A stretch of DNA of 64,000 nucleotides from Polyangiales bacterium (GCA_046351215.1 JAXLYX010000009.1:95758-159757); one strand, 5' to 3'; shown: positions 52,770-62,368, counted from the first letter of the stretch. Notes: generated by a model from the letters alone, not told the origin. Program-made: numbers and translations.

Positions 52770-55109
52770 GTGCTGCCGATCCACGCGATCCGCGCCGACT
52801 TCGAGGCGGCGCTCGACGAGGGGCCGGTCGTCGTCTCGTCGCCCACGGGCTCCGGCAAGTCGACGGAGATCCCTCGCTGGGCGATGCGGAGGAAGGGGCG
52901 CGTGCTCGTCGTCGAGCCCCGCCGGGTGGCCTGCCAGAGCCTCGCGGTGCGCGTCGCCGAGCTCGAGGGCACGCCGCTCGGGAGCACCGTCGGCTATTCC
53001 GTGCGCGACGACGCCGTCACGAGCGACGCGACGCGGATCCTCTTCGCGACCCCCGGCATCGTGCTCCGGGCGCGCTCGCTCGTGGAGTCGTTCGACGTCG
53101 TCGTCCTCGACGAGTTCCACGAGCGCAGCCTCGACCTCGATCTCCTCCTCGCGCTCTTCGCGAAGGGGAGAGGCCCGCGTCTCGTGGTCATGTCCGCGAC
53201 GATCGAGGGCGACCGCGTGGCCTCGCACGTCGGCGGACGTCACCTCGAGGCGAGCGGTCGAACGCATCCCGTCGACGTCCGCTACCTCGAGTCGGGCTCG
53301 CCCCTACCCGATCCCTCGGACATCGTCCCCCGCGTCACGCGGGCCGTCGCCGCGGCGGCCTCGGATCCGGGGGACATCCTCGTCTTCCTCCCCGGCAAGG
53401 CCGAGATCGAGGCCTGCGCACGTGCGCTCCGCGGCGGACCCGACGAGCTCCTCCCCCTGCACGGCGGGCTCTCCCTGGCCGAGCAGCGTCGGCCCTTCGA
53501 GCCGTCGACGCGGCGTCGCGTGATCCTCGCGACGAACGTCGCCGAGACGTCGATCACGCTCCCGAACGTCGGCGTGGTGATCGACACCGGGCTCGTGCGG
53601 CAGACCCGCTACCACGAGGGAAGGGCCTTCCTCTCCCTCGTGCCGATCGCCGAGGATTCGGCGGCGCAGCGCGCCGGCCGCGCCGGGCGAACGGGGCCGG
53701 GCATCGCGTATCGGCTCTTCAGCCGGGCGGCGAAGCTCGCCAAGACCACCCCTCCCGAGGTCCATCGCGAGTCGCTCGTCCCGCTCGTGCTCTCGGCCGC
53801 CATGTGGGGCGAGCGCGTCGAAGCGCTCCCGCTCCTCGACCCTCCGAAGGCCTACGCGCTCGAGTCGGCGCGCGAGGAGCTCGTCGCCCTCGGCGCGCTC
53901 GACGCCGGAGGACGGGCGACCGAGCGCGGGAAGGAGCTCCACGGGCTCCCGCTCGATGCCCCGCTCGCGCGTCTCCTCGTCGAGGCCCGCGACACCGGGG
54001 CCCTCGAGGACGCGATCGATCTCGTCTCCGTCCTCTCGGTCGGGCGGCCGCTCTTCGTGGGCACCGGCTCCGACGACTCGACGCTCCGGGAGGGGGATTG
54101 CGACGCGAGCGCGCTCGTCCGTACGCTCCGCGCCTCGAACGGAACGGAGCCCTTCGTCTCTCCCTTCGTGCTCGCGGAGGCGCGCCGCATCCGCGCCCGT
54201 CTGCGCCGGGCCCACGGCCTGGCCGAGACGGGCGCGGATGCAGCGAGCGCCGAGCTCGATCGCGACCGTCTGCTGCGCACGGCGATCGCCGCGGACCCCC
54301 GCTCCGTCCACGTCGCCCGCGTCCGCGGTCGCCAGATCGCCTTCTCGAACGGGGGCACGGAGCTCGAGCTCGCGCGGGAGAGCCGCGTGCGGAACGCGAG
54401 GGACCTCGAGGCGATCGTGGTCTTCGAGTCGCGGGCCCTCGGCTCGGGCCAGGACGCCCGCATCCTCGTGACCTGCGCGAGCCCCGTCTCGCTCGCGGCG
54501 ATCCTCCGTGCCGGTCTCGGCCGGGACCGGCTCGAGGGCGTCTCGCTCGAGAAGAAGAAGGTCGTAGCGCGCATCGAGCGGGTCTACGCGAAGCGCGTCC
54601 TCGGGACGCGCGAGGAGGTGCCGACCGGAGCTCTCGCGCGCGAGGCGATCGCCACGCTCTTCCTCCGCGGGAGCCTCTTCCGGGAGTCGCTCGCGACGAC
54701 GAAGGAGCGGCTCGCGCTCGTCGGCCTCGCCTCGAGGCTCGGCAAGGACGTGCTCGGCGAGGAGCCCCCGCCCGCGCCGCCCTCGCTCGAGGACTTCGTG
54801 CTCGGCCGGCTCCTCGTGCTCGGCATCGAGAGCGGCGAGGACCTCGAGCTGCTCTCTCCGAAGGACCTCCTCGCTCCCGATCTGCCGTTCCACCTGCGGA
54901 CGACGATCGAGCGCGACTACCCGCGCACGGTCTCGGTCGGCGATGCGACCTACGAGGCGGACTACGACCTCGAGAAGCGGATGGTCACGCTCTCGCTCGT
55001 GCGCGGCCAGCGGAAGGAGCCGCCTCCGCTAGCCTACCTTCCGCGGTTCGAAGGCTTCGGCATCACCGTCGTCGGACCGCGGGGCGCGACCGTGCTCCGG
55101 CGGCGCTGA
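52770..55109 (+). CDS. hrpB: ATP-dependent DEAH-box RNA helicase HrpB
   Basis: Track ORF 52596..55109 trimmed to GTG 52770. The Walker A is SSPTGSGKSTEIP, the DEAH variant is LDEFHERS, followed by SAT (MSATI). Other motifs are ILATNVAETSITLP and QRAGRAGR. HA2/OB-like and HrpB-type C-terminal regions are present. Confidence 0.88.
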   Translation: MLPIHAIRADFEAALDEGPVVVSSPTGSGKSTEIPRWAMRRKGRVLVVEPRRVACQSLAVRVAELEGTPLGSTVGYSVRDDAVTSDATRILFATPGIVLRARSLVESFDVVVLDEFHERSLDLDLLLALFAKGRGPRLVVMSATIEGDRVASHVGGRHLEASGRTHPVDVRYLESGSPLPDPSDIVPRVTRAVAAAASDPGDILVFLPGKAEIEACARALRGGPDELLPLHGGLSLAEQRRPFEPSTRRRVILATNVAETSITLPNVGVVIDTGLVRQTRYHEGRAFLSLVPIAEDSAAQRAGRAGRTGPGIAYRLFSRAAKLAKTTPPEVHRESLVPLVLSAAMWGERVEALPLLDPPKAYALESAREELVALGALDAGGRATERGKELHGLPLDAPLARLLVEARDTGALEDAIDLVSVLSVGRPLFVGTGSDDSTLREGDCDASALVRTLRASNGTEPFVSPFVLAEARRIRARLRRAHGLAETGADAASAELDRDRLLRTAIAADPRSVHVARVRGRQIAFSNGGTELELARESRVRNARDLEAIVVFESRALGSGQDARILVTCASPVSLAAILRAGLGRDRLEGVSLEKKKVVARIERVYAKRVLGTREEVPTGALAREAIATLFLRGSLFRESLATTKERLALVGLASRLGKDVLGEEPPPAPPSLEDFVLGRLLVLGIESGEDLELLSPKDLLAPDLPFHLRTTIERDYPRTVSVGDATYEADYDLEKRMVTLSLVRGQRKEPPPLAYLPRFEGFGITVVGPRGATVLRRR

Positions 55110-56582
55110 GGGCGGGTTCGTCTCGAGGGCGCGAGGCGGGAACGAGCTCCTCCGCTCCGAGCCGGTCGGTCCGCGTCCCCAGCAGAGGAGCTCGACCTTC
55201 GGCTCGTCGGTCGTGAAGTCCGCCACGAGGTAGTTCCGGTAGCCCGGCACGAGCCGATCGTCCTCGAGCTTGCGCATGATCGGCGCCCACGTCCCCGTGT
55301 CGACGAAGGAGAGGCCGCCGTCGAGCGGGATCACACGCGGCTTGTGCGTGTGGCCGAACGTGACGACGCGCACGGGGAGGAGCTCGCCGATCGCGCGGGC
55401 GCACTCGGGGAGGCGGTGCTCGATCGTGAAGATGTCCTCCCCCTTCACGATCTCCTCGTACACGAAGAAGACGAGCGGGAAGACCGTCAGCGGGACCATC
55501 AGCTTGATCCAGAGCGGGATCGGCACGAGCTCGAGCACGACGCCGATCACGATCATGAGGAGGAGCATCACGACGCGGTCGATCCAGAGCTCGCGCACGA
55601 TGCCGAAGAATCGTTGGGTGATCGGAGGGCGCCAGAGCCGGGCGAGCGCCTTCACGGTCTCGCGCGGCAGACCGGAGCGCTGCGTCACGGCCTCGAATTC
55701 CTCCGACTGCTCGGGCGGCTCGACGAGAAGCCGCCGCTTGAGGTCGAGGAGCTCGGTCATCACGCGGAAGCTCCCGAGGAGCCAGGGGATCGCGAGCGCC
55801 CGCTTCGAGAAGACGTAGTGGCGGAACCAATGCGCCACGTACCGGTAGACGTTGAGGATGTAGTCGGAGGCGTGGGGATTGAAGAACCCCATCCGGTTGA
55901 TGAGGTGACGGTTCGAGAGGTTGCCCATCGGCAGGGCGAGCATGCTCTCCCCGTGCATCTTCACGACGGGCCAGAGCGCGTACCGGAACGAGGTGTAGTG
56001 GTCGTATTGGTTCCCGTGCTCGACGTAGATCTCGCCGGGGACGTAGTGGAACCACGGCTCGAAGCGGACGGCCTCCTCGTCGAAGGCGAGTCCCTCCTCG
56101 AGAGCGGCGTCGCGGAGCGCCGAGACGAACGCCGTCTTCACCTCGGGGAAGTGGAATTCGCGGTCGTGGTTCCCGAGCACGTAGACCAGTCGGTGGCCGC
56201 CACCGACGAAGTGGGCGAGCGTCCTCACGAGCTCTCCGTGGAACGAGAGCATGTGCTGGAGCTTGAAGACGGATTTCGCGGCCGTCGGATCGAGCCCGTT
56301 GACCCGCTCCGCGTGACGCACGGGCCACGGTGGATCCACCGGCACCGCCGTCACGAGATCGAAGTCGAAGACGTCTCCGTTCAGGACGAGCACGGGCTCG
56401 GCGTCGTCCGGCGTGGTCTCGAGGAAGCGCTCGACGAGGGCCGAGACGTCGCGATCGAAGAGATACTTCTCGCGCTTGTACGCCTTCCACCCGTCGGCGT
56501 GCTCTTCCACGTCGCAGAGGTGCAGGTCGGAGAGGACGAGATACCGGTTCCCCATGGCGGTCGTCGTCCGACGATCGACCAT
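55029..56582 (-). CDS. metallophosphoesterase with an internal membrane-spanning insertion
   Basis: MPE motifs in order are LVLSDLHL, VLNGDVFDFD, VLGNHDRE and VEHGNQYD. The last motif, TFGHTHKP, comes only after more than 200 aa that include IDRVVMLLLMIVIGVVLELVPIPLWIKLMVPLTVFPLVFFVY. ATG 56555 is an alternative start. The C-terminal tail overlaps the hrpB 3' end by 81 bp. Confidence 0.8.
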   Translation of the reverse strand: MVDRRTTTAMGNRYLVLSDLHLCDVEEHADGWKAYKREKYLFDRDVSALVERFLETTPDDAEPVLVLNGDVFDFDLVTAVPVDPPWPVRHAERVNGLDPTAAKSVFKLQHMLSFHGELVRTLAHFVGGGHRLVYVLGNHDREFHFPEVKTAFVSALRDAALEEGLAFDEEAVRFEPWFHYVPGEIYVEHGNQYDHYTSFRYALWPVVKMHGESMLALPMGNLSNRHLINRMGFFNPHASDYILNVYRYVAHWFRHYVFSKRALAIPWLLGSFRVMTELLDLKRRLLVEPPEQSEEFEAVTQRSGLPRETVKALARLWRPPITQRFFGIVRELWIDRVVMLLLMIVIGVVLELVPIPLWIKLMVPLTVFPLVFFVYEEIVKGEDIFTIEHRLPECARAIGELLPVRVVTFGHTHKPRVIPLDGGLSFVDTGTWAPIMRKLEDDRLVPGYRNYLVADFTTDEPKVELLCWGRGPTGSERRSSFPPRALETNPPSAPPEHGRAPRSDDGDAEAFEPRKVG

Positions 56583-56657
56583 CCGGCGGCCCGTGTAAAG
56601 CCGGCCACGGCGCCTCGGCGCTGCTACGCGTTCCAGTCGACGTCGGGCGGGAGGGCG

Positions 56658-57764
56658 CTAGCCGCCCGCGGCCCCGACCCGATCCTTCGCGATCAGGTCG
56701 AAGGTCCGACGGACCTCGTCCGGATCGACGACGAAGCCCTCGCCCTCGGGCTTGCCGACCACGTACGCGAAGCCGTGGCCGTCGCGGTCGGCGTAGTCCT
56801 TGTAGACGGTGCAGAAGCGGTCGGGAGGTTGCAGCACGAAATAGTGCGCGCCCTCGTCGAGGAGCGGCATGCCGTGCATGAGGCCGCTCCCCTCGACGCC
56901 CATCAGGACCGAGGCGCCCGCGCAGGCGCGGACGATCTGGTCGACGCTGCTCTTCAGCGGGTCGAGCACCCGCAGTCCGAGCTCCGAGGCGGCGAGCTCC
57001 GCGATCTCGAGCTCGTTCCGGAGCAGCCGGAGATCGCCGGCCGTCCCGCGGAGGAGGAAGACCCCGGGATGACGTCGCGCGCTCGTGCCGCCGAGCAGTC
57101 GCTCGCGCATCTCGACGATCCGCGCTCGCTTGCTCTCGTTGTGCCCGACGTCGTCGAAGAAGACCGCGTGGCGGATCCACGCGGCGCTCTCGCGGCGCGG
57201 TCTCATGCCGAGCCGCTCCTCGTACTCGCGCTGATGCCCCTTCGGAGCGCCCGGTCGGGCCGAGGTGAAGGGCTCCGCTTCCTTCTCGGCGAGGAGGTAC
57301 GCGGGGCAATCGTCCGCGAGCCACATGCCGAACCAGCGGTGGCCGTTCCAGCTGCAATAGCTCGACGCACGATCGAGCGTGGTCTCGACCTTCAGCGTCG
57401 GAACGCGCTTCGTGCGGCCGTGGAGATGGCGCGTCGCCGAGCCCTTGTAGAGCACGCCGTCGAGGAGGACGACGTCGCGGAGCTCGTAGGCCACCGTCGG
57501 CGCGTCGTTCACCGTCTCACCCGCGAGGCTACGGCGCTGCCCGGCCTCGTCCCGGAAGACCCAGCCCGTCACACGGTCGAGCTGTCCCTCGAGGGCCAAC
57601 GCCGGCTTCGTGCGCCGCTCGCCTCCGGGCGAGATCACCCGTTTCCGGAGCGCCACCTCCTGCAATGCAGGCGATGGCTTCCGGAGGACCTTCGACCTCA
57701 CGACGCTCGTGAGGGGCAAGAGACTCCACACCCGCGCACCTCCACGACCCGACCGCCGACGCAT
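56658..57764 (-). CDS. glycosyltransferase family 61 / DUF563-like protein
   Basis: Track ORF 56658..57968 trimmed to ATG 57764, because the upstream stretch contains AT-richer sequence that looks non-coding. Strings include HRWFGMWLADDCPAYLL, GVFLLRG..GDLR.L.NE.EIAE.L...G and VLMGVEGSGLMHGMPL. The family call is tentative. Confidence 0.55.
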   Translation of the reverse strand: MRRRSGRGGARVWSLLPLTSVVRSKVLRKPSPALQEVALRKRVISPGGERRTKPALALEGQLDRVTGWVFRDEAGQRRSLAGETVNDAPTVAYELRDVVLLDGVLYKGSATRHLHGRTKRVPTLKVETTLDRASSYCSWNGHRWFGMWLADDCPAYLLAEKEAEPFTSARPGAPKGHQREYEERLGMRPRRESAAWIRHAVFFDDVGHNESKRARIVEMRERLLGGTSARRHPGVFLLRGTAGDLRLLRNELEIAELAASELGLRVLDPLKSSVDQIVRACAGASVLMGVEGSGLMHGMPLLDEGAHYFVLQPPDRFCTVYKDYADRDGHGFAYVVGKPEGEGFVVDPDEVRRTFDLIAKDRVGAAGG

Positions 57765-58001
57765 GTCGGTGGCCGCGCTCGAACCCGGACGAGTTGTAGC
57801 GCGCGGGCGGGGCCCGATCAGCGGGTCTTCGCGCGGGAGGATTCGAAAAAGCCGACGGGGCGGGCCGGATGCGGCCGGATCGGACGGGAAATCCAGCGGG
57901 CTGGGCCGTCCGGCGTAGGAGGCGCTTTTCCGTGATGGATCCATCCCCCGTCCCCCGAGCGAGGGCATGGGCGGCTTCGCCGCACCGACGGAGGTTTGGG
58001 A

Positions 58002-58430
58002 ATGGCACGGACGAATCGCATCGCGGCGCTCTCTCTCGTCGCAGGCTCGGCGCTCTTCGGGAGCGGCTGCAAGGACACGGTCTCGGCGCTCTCGGAGGCC
58101 GTCTCGCCGCCCGCCGCCGCGTCGGGACCCATCGTGCCCGGCCAGATCGGCGGCCGCTGGGGCACGCGGTGGGGAGGCAGCCAGGTCTGCAACCTCGTGC
58201 TGACCCAGGACGGAACGCAGGTGACGGGGCAGTTCACGAGCACGGGCTCGCCTCCCGGGACCGTGACGGGCACGTTCGAGAACGACGTGCTCACGGGCAC
58301 GTGGAGCGATCAGGGCGGAGGCGGCGGCAAGCTCGTGCTCACGTTCGCGCCCGACAGCCGCTCGTTCACGGGCACGTGGGGAAGCGGGGACTCGGCCACG
58401 AACGGCGGGAGCTGGACCGGCAACCGCTGA
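58002..58430 (+). CDS. small Gly/Thr-rich lipoprotein, hypothetical
   Basis: ATG 58002 is preceded by GGAGG at a 7-nt spacing. The track start, TTG 57996, is less likely. The lipobox is SALFGSGC. It has repeated GTW/GTF beta-like units (VTGQFTSTG, VTGTFENDVLTGTWSD, FTGTWGSG). Confidence 0.7.
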   Translation: MARTNRIAALSLVAGSALFGSGCKDTVSALSEAVSPPAAASGPIVPGQIGGRWGTRWGGSQVCNLVLTQDGTQVTGQFTSTGSPPGTVTGTFENDVLTGTWSDQGGGGGKLVLTFAPDSRSFTGTWGSGDSATNGGSWTGNR

Positions 58431-58461
58431 GCCCCGGAGGAGCCCGTGCCGGAACGGAGTC

Positions 58462-58743
58462 TCAGCGGGGCGCCATCGCGTAGGCGAGGAGCCCGACCTG
58501 GGCGAGGACGAGCACGGGCACTCCGACGGAGAAGAGCGGCTTCCGCGTCTTGTGCCTCGCGAGGCGCATGCCGACGAGGGCTCCGATCGCGCCGAACGCG
58601 GCCGCGAGCGTCATCAGCGTGCGTTCCGGCACGCGTCGGCGATCGAGCCGTGCCTGCCGCTTGTCGTAGGCGAAGACGAGCGCGACGAGGGCGTTGTAGA
58701 CGAGGGCGAGGAGCGAGAGCGGCGGGAGGATCGACTCGACCAC
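58462..58743 (-). CDS. DUF1294 family small membrane protein
   Basis: This is the C-terminal 93 aa of junk track ORF 58462..62064, starting at GTG 58743. Strings include LVYNALVALVFAYDKRQARLDRRRVPERTLMTLAAAFGAIGALVGMRLARHKTRKPLF. Confidence 0.72.
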   Translation of the reverse strand: MVESILPPLSLLALVYNALVALVFAYDKRQARLDRRRVPERTLMTLAAAFGAIGALVGMRLARHKTRKPLFSVGVPVLVLAQVGLLAYAMAPR

Positions 58744-58769
58744 GGGGGCACGAACCTCCGCCTTCGCGC

Positions 58770-59963
58770 TCAGGCCTTCGCGAGCGCCACGAGGTGCTCG
58801 CGGCGATCCGCCTTGCCCGTGAAATCGGGCCGCTCCTCGGAGGCGGCCGCGATCGCACGGAGGCCGGCGCTCGGGGCGAGCTCGGCGAGGTGATCGGCGG
58901 CGTCGATGCGCTGGCCGGCGACGTCGCCGTCGCCGACGAGCAGGATCGCCATCCCGTTCCGCGAGAGCACGTCGGCGATCGACTGCAGGGTCCCGCGCGT
59001 CTCGCGATCCCAGCGCTCGACGGCGCCCGGGCCCTGCGAGCGGCGACGGGCGCCGATCTCGCCGCGGTCGAAGTCCGCGGCATCGATGCCGAGCCAGGGA
59101 TAGCGGCGCGCGTGGTGCTGCACGTAGTCGTAGGTCCCGCCGTAGGGGGGCGACGTGAGCACGAGATCCGCGTGGAAGCCCCGGGGCAGGGCGTGGCGGA
59201 GATTCCGGACGTCGCCCTCGACGATGCGAGCCTCGCGGACGTGGGGCGGCACGGCGGCGCGGAGCTGGTGCCAACGCTCGGCGAGCTCCTCGCCCTTGCG
59301 CACGAAGAACTCGGTCGGCAGGCCCTTCCGGATCCGCTTCGGCACGTGGCCCTCGGACGTGTCGGCCTTCTGCTTCGAGAACTTCACGACGATCGCCGAG
59401 AGGAGCAGGAGGAACGCCTCGCGATCGCGCGGGTCCTCGACCGTGAGGATCTCCTCCCGCAGGCCGGCGAGCTCCTTCAGCGTGTGGCCCTCGTAGTGAC
59501 GGACCTCCTCGGGCGGGATCGGAGCGCGCGAGGCCACGCGCGCACGCACGCGCTCCTCGGAGCGATCGCCGAGCTCGCGCAGCGTGCGGAGGAAGCCGTA
59601 GAGGCTGTCCGTGTCGCGGAGCTGGCACTTCACGCGTGCGAGCCGGACGGCCAGCGGATTCAGATCGACGCCGTGCGCCTCGCGGCCGGCGACCATCGCC
59701 TCGATCGCGACCGTGCCGCTCCCCGAGAAGGGATCGAGGACGGTTCCCCGATCCCCGGTCAGCTCCTTCACGAGCACGTAGGGGATCGCCGGGTGCATGC
59801 GCGCCGGGTAGGCGTGGAAGCCGTGCGTGAGCGTGTCCCGATCCTCGCTCGCGGCGGCGCGATGCGCCTCGGCGAGGAGCTCGCCGAGCTTGCGATCGCC
59901 GCGGATCTCGAGGGGGCCGCCGAGGTGCGCGAGGGGGCGGCGCATGGGGGGGGACTGCGTCAC
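58770..59963 (-). CDS. SAM-dependent N-methyltransferase with a DNA N4/N6-type SPPY motif
   Basis: Motif I is VLDPFSGSGTVAIEA. Motif IV, LVLTSPPYGG, lies about 190 aa downstream, so a target-recognition-sized insert separates them in an alpha-like order. No nuclease gene is adjacent. Confidence 0.7.
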   Translation of the reverse strand: MTQSPPMRRPLAHLGGPLEIRGDRKLGELLAEAHRAAASEDRDTLTHGFHAYPARMHPAIPYVLVKELTGDRGTVLDPFSGSGTVAIEAMVAGREAHGVDLNPLAVRLARVKCQLRDTDSLYGFLRTLRELGDRSEERVRARVASRAPIPPEEVRHYEGHTLKELAGLREEILTVEDPRDREAFLLLLSAIVVKFSKQKADTSEGHVPKRIRKGLPTEFFVRKGEELAERWHQLRAAVPPHVREARIVEGDVRNLRHALPRGFHADLVLTSPPYGGTYDYVQHHARRYPWLGIDAADFDRGEIGARRRSQGPGAVERWDRETRGTLQSIADVLSRNGMAILLVGDGDVAGQRIDAADHLAELAPSAGLRAIAAASEERPDFTGKADRREHLVALAKA

Positions 59964-60074
59964 GGGACCCCCTCCTTGGACCGGAGGGGCCCGGGGCGCA
60001 AGGCGGGAGGACGGAACGACGAAGCCCGGGTCCCCGAACGGCGACCCGGGCTCCTCGCGTCCGCTCGCGCGGGC

Positions 60075-61535
60075 TCAGGTGATCTCGAGCAGCTTCGTGA
60101 AGCCGTCGAGCATCTTCTTCACCTTCGGCGTGTACGGCGGGTAGAAGAACTCGAGGGCGCTCACGCGACCCTGCGTGACCACGGCGCGCTCGTGCGAGAA
60201 GCACTTGAAGCCGTAGATGCCGTGGTAGTTGCCGAGGCCGCTCTCGCCGACGCCGCCGAACGGCAGCTCCGGGTTCGCGACGTGGAGCAGCACGTTGTTG
60301 ATCACCGTGCCGCCGGCCGTCGTGTTCTTCAGGATGCGCTCCTGGTTGTACGTGCTCTCGCTGAAGACGTAGAGCGCGAGCGGCTTGCCACGCGAGTGGA
60401 TCGCGCGGAAGACCTCGTCGAGGCCGCGGTACTTCAGGATCGGGAGCACGGGGCCGAAGATCTCGAACTCCATCGCCGGCGAGTCCTCGGTCACGTTCGA
60501 GAGGACGGTCGGCTCGAGGTACCGCTCCGAGTTGTCGGCCTCTCCGCCGATCTCGAGGCGCGCGCCCTTCGAGACCGAGTCGTCGATCATGACCTTCAGC
60601 TTCTTCTGGCTGTTGGCATCGACGATGCGGCAGAAGTCGTCGCTGCGCTTGCGGGCCTCGGAGCTCGTGCCGTAGCGTGCCTCGATCACGCGGCGAGCCG
60701 CCGCGACGAAGGCGTCGTGACGCGACTCGTGCACGTAGATGTGGTCCGGCGCGACGCAGGTCTGACCACCGTTCAGGTACTTGCCCCAGACGATGCGCTC
60801 CGCCGCCTTCTCCACGTCCGCCGTCTCGTCGACGATGACGGGCGACTTGCCGCCGAGCTCGAGCGTGCAGCTCGCGAGGTGCTTCGCGGCGGCGGCCATC
60901 ACCTGGCGGCCGACGTTGGGGCTGCCCGTGAAGAAGATGTGGTCGAAGGGCAGCTCGAGCATGATGTTCGCGATGTACGAGGGGCCCGTGAAGACCGCCA
61001 CCTCGTTCGCCGGGAAGGCTTCGCGGATGATCGCGTCGATCACCTTGCTCGTCGCCTTCACCTTGTCCGAGGGCCGCATCATGCAGACGTTGCCGGCGGA
61101 GATCGCCGCGACGAGCGGGCTCGCGAAGAGGAAGAACGGATAGTTCCACGGCGCGAGGATCAGGCAGACGCCCTTCGGCTCGTGACGGACCACGCTCTTC
61201 GTGCCGATCAGCGTCGGCGGCGCCTTGTGCGGCACCGGCTTCATCCACTGCTTGAGGTGGCTGATCGTGTGGTTGATCTCGACGAGGGTCGGCTGGATCT
61301 CCGTGAGCTCGACCTCGGACGCGGGCTTGTGGAAGTCCTGCCACATCGCCTGCTTCAGGTCCTCGCGCCGCGAGAGGATCACCTGCTTGAGCCGCTTCAG
61401 CTTCGCGATCCGCTCGTCCGCCGTCGTCTGCGCGACGCTCCAGCGGTTCTCCCTGAGTCGTTCGAAGGCGGCTCCGATGCGCTCCCGCATCTCCTCCTTC
61501 GGATCCTTCGCATCGAGCGGCGTCGTGTCGGCCAT
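60075..61535 (-). CDS. aldehyde dehydrogenase family protein (class 3 / fatty-aldehyde type)
   Basis: Track ORF 60075..61871 trimmed to MADTTPLD (ATG 61535), with GGGAGGA upstream. Strings include APWNYPF, FTGSPNVGR, the catalytic Glu in LELGGKSP, the catalytic Cys in GQTCVAPDH, and PFGGVGESG. Confidence 0.9.
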   Translation of the reverse strand: MADTTPLDAKDPKEEMRERIGAAFERLRENRWSVAQTTADERIAKLKRLKQVILSRREDLKQAMWQDFHKPASEVELTEIQPTLVEINHTISHLKQWMKPVPHKAPPTLIGTKSVVRHEPKGVCLILAPWNYPFFLFASPLVAAISAGNVCMMRPSDKVKATSKVIDAIIREAFPANEVAVFTGPSYIANIMLELPFDHIFFTGSPNVGRQVMAAAAKHLASCTLELGGKSPVIVDETADVEKAAERIVWGKYLNGGQTCVAPDHIYVHESRHDAFVAAARRVIEARYGTSSEARKRSDDFCRIVDANSQKKLKVMIDDSVSKGARLEIGGEADNSERYLEPTVLSNVTEDSPAMEFEIFGPVLPILKYRGLDEVFRAIHSRGKPLALYVFSESTYNQERILKNTTAGGTVINNVLLHVANPELPFGGVGESGLGNYHGIYGFKCFSHERAVVTQGRVSALEFFYPPYTPKVKKMLDGFTKLLEIT

Positions 61536-61783
61536 GGGTTCCTCCCTCGGGTCTGGGGCGCGAATTGCGAACGGTAATTGAACGAGCGTCAACGTGAAAC
61601 GGGTCGGGCGCCCACACCAGCGCCGATCGAGGGCCCTCGGGGAGTTTCGGTCGCACGTCGCCCGGATGGGCGAAGCGGTCCCCGGGGACCCTTGCGGGGA
61701 CCGCGGCCTCTTGCAGACTGGGAGCTCGGGGTTTCGCCGGGGGGGCGCACGGGAGCGGCTCGACCTCGCGGCTCCGGGGACCG

Positions 61784-62350
61784 ATGGACTCACCTCCGAC
61801 GCACGCGCGCACGAAGCCGACCTGGCGGTCGTCCCTGCCATGGCTGCTCGCCCTCCTCCTGCTTCTCGCACAGGCGAGCGGAGCCCACGCGCAGACGGCG
61901 GGAGCGGGCGACGAGGAAGCCGCGGGCGCGAGCGAGCCGACCGGGACGACGACGAGCGCGCCCGCAGCCGTCCCCACGCCCGCCGCCGTCGCCGAGGGTG
62001 AATCCTCGGGCGCGCAGGGCTCGCCCGTCGGCTGGTTCGTCGGGGCCGGAGCGGCGGGCGTCACGATGATCGTCGGCGTCGCCTACTGGCTGAACCGCGA
62101 CAACGCGCTCGAGGACTGCCGACAGGCGATCGCCGACGGCCTCGCCTGCAGCGACGAGGACTCCCTGCGACGCCAACGGAACGCGGGCATCTCGCTCGCC
62201 GCGATCGGCGGGGCCGCCTTGCCGGCCCTGATCGTCATGGGGGCGCTGCGCGCGCGGGACCGCGAGCCCGACGACGCCGACATGGTGTGGCTCCCGGCGG
62301 TCGATCCGACCACGCGGAGCGCCTCGCTCGGTGTGTCCGGACGATTCTGA
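61784..62350 (+). CDS. hypothetical secreted/membrane protein
   Basis: The signal peptide is LPWLLALLLLLAQASGAHA, followed by a T/A/P-rich linker. There are two hydrophobic segments (WFVGAGAAGVTMIVGVAYWL and LAAIGGAALPALIVMGAL). Confidence 0.6.
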   Translation: MDSPPTHARTKPTWRSSLPWLLALLLLLAQASGAHAQTAGAGDEEAAGASEPTGTTTSAPAAVPTPAAVAEGESSGAQGSPVGWFVGAGAAGVTMIVGVAYWLNRDNALEDCRQAIADGLACSDEDSLRRQRNAGISLAAIGGAALPALIVMGALRARDREPDDADMVWLPAVDPTTRSASLGVSGRF

Positions 62351-62368
62351 GGCGCCTCCGCGAGGTCC

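Noticed and set aside
55038-55052. A GGTTCGAAGG string resembling a tRNA T-arm.
   Set aside because: It lies inside the hrpB coding frame (...LPRFEGFG...). There is no surrounding cloverleaf, acceptor stem or anticodon arm.
59964-60074. A restriction endonuclease partner for the SPPY methyltransferase.
   Set aside because: The flanking regions contain only short intergenic DNA, the DUF1294 gene and an aldehyde dehydrogenase. No ORF with nuclease-like motifs was found.
61677-61690. A perfect 14-bp palindrome, GGTCCCCGGGGACC, in the divergent promoter region between the aldehyde dehydrogenase gene and the hypothetical gene.
   Set aside because: The palindrome is real, but short GC-only palindromes are expected by chance in DNA of this composition. 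There is no second site and no obvious cognate regulator nearby.
58744-62064. The upstream ~1100 aa of the 1200-aa minus-strand ORF 58462..62064.
   Set aside because: It is R/G/P-rich and out of frame with the methyltransferase and aldehyde dehydrogenase genes on the same strand. Only the last 93 aa (DUF1294, GTG 58743) look real.
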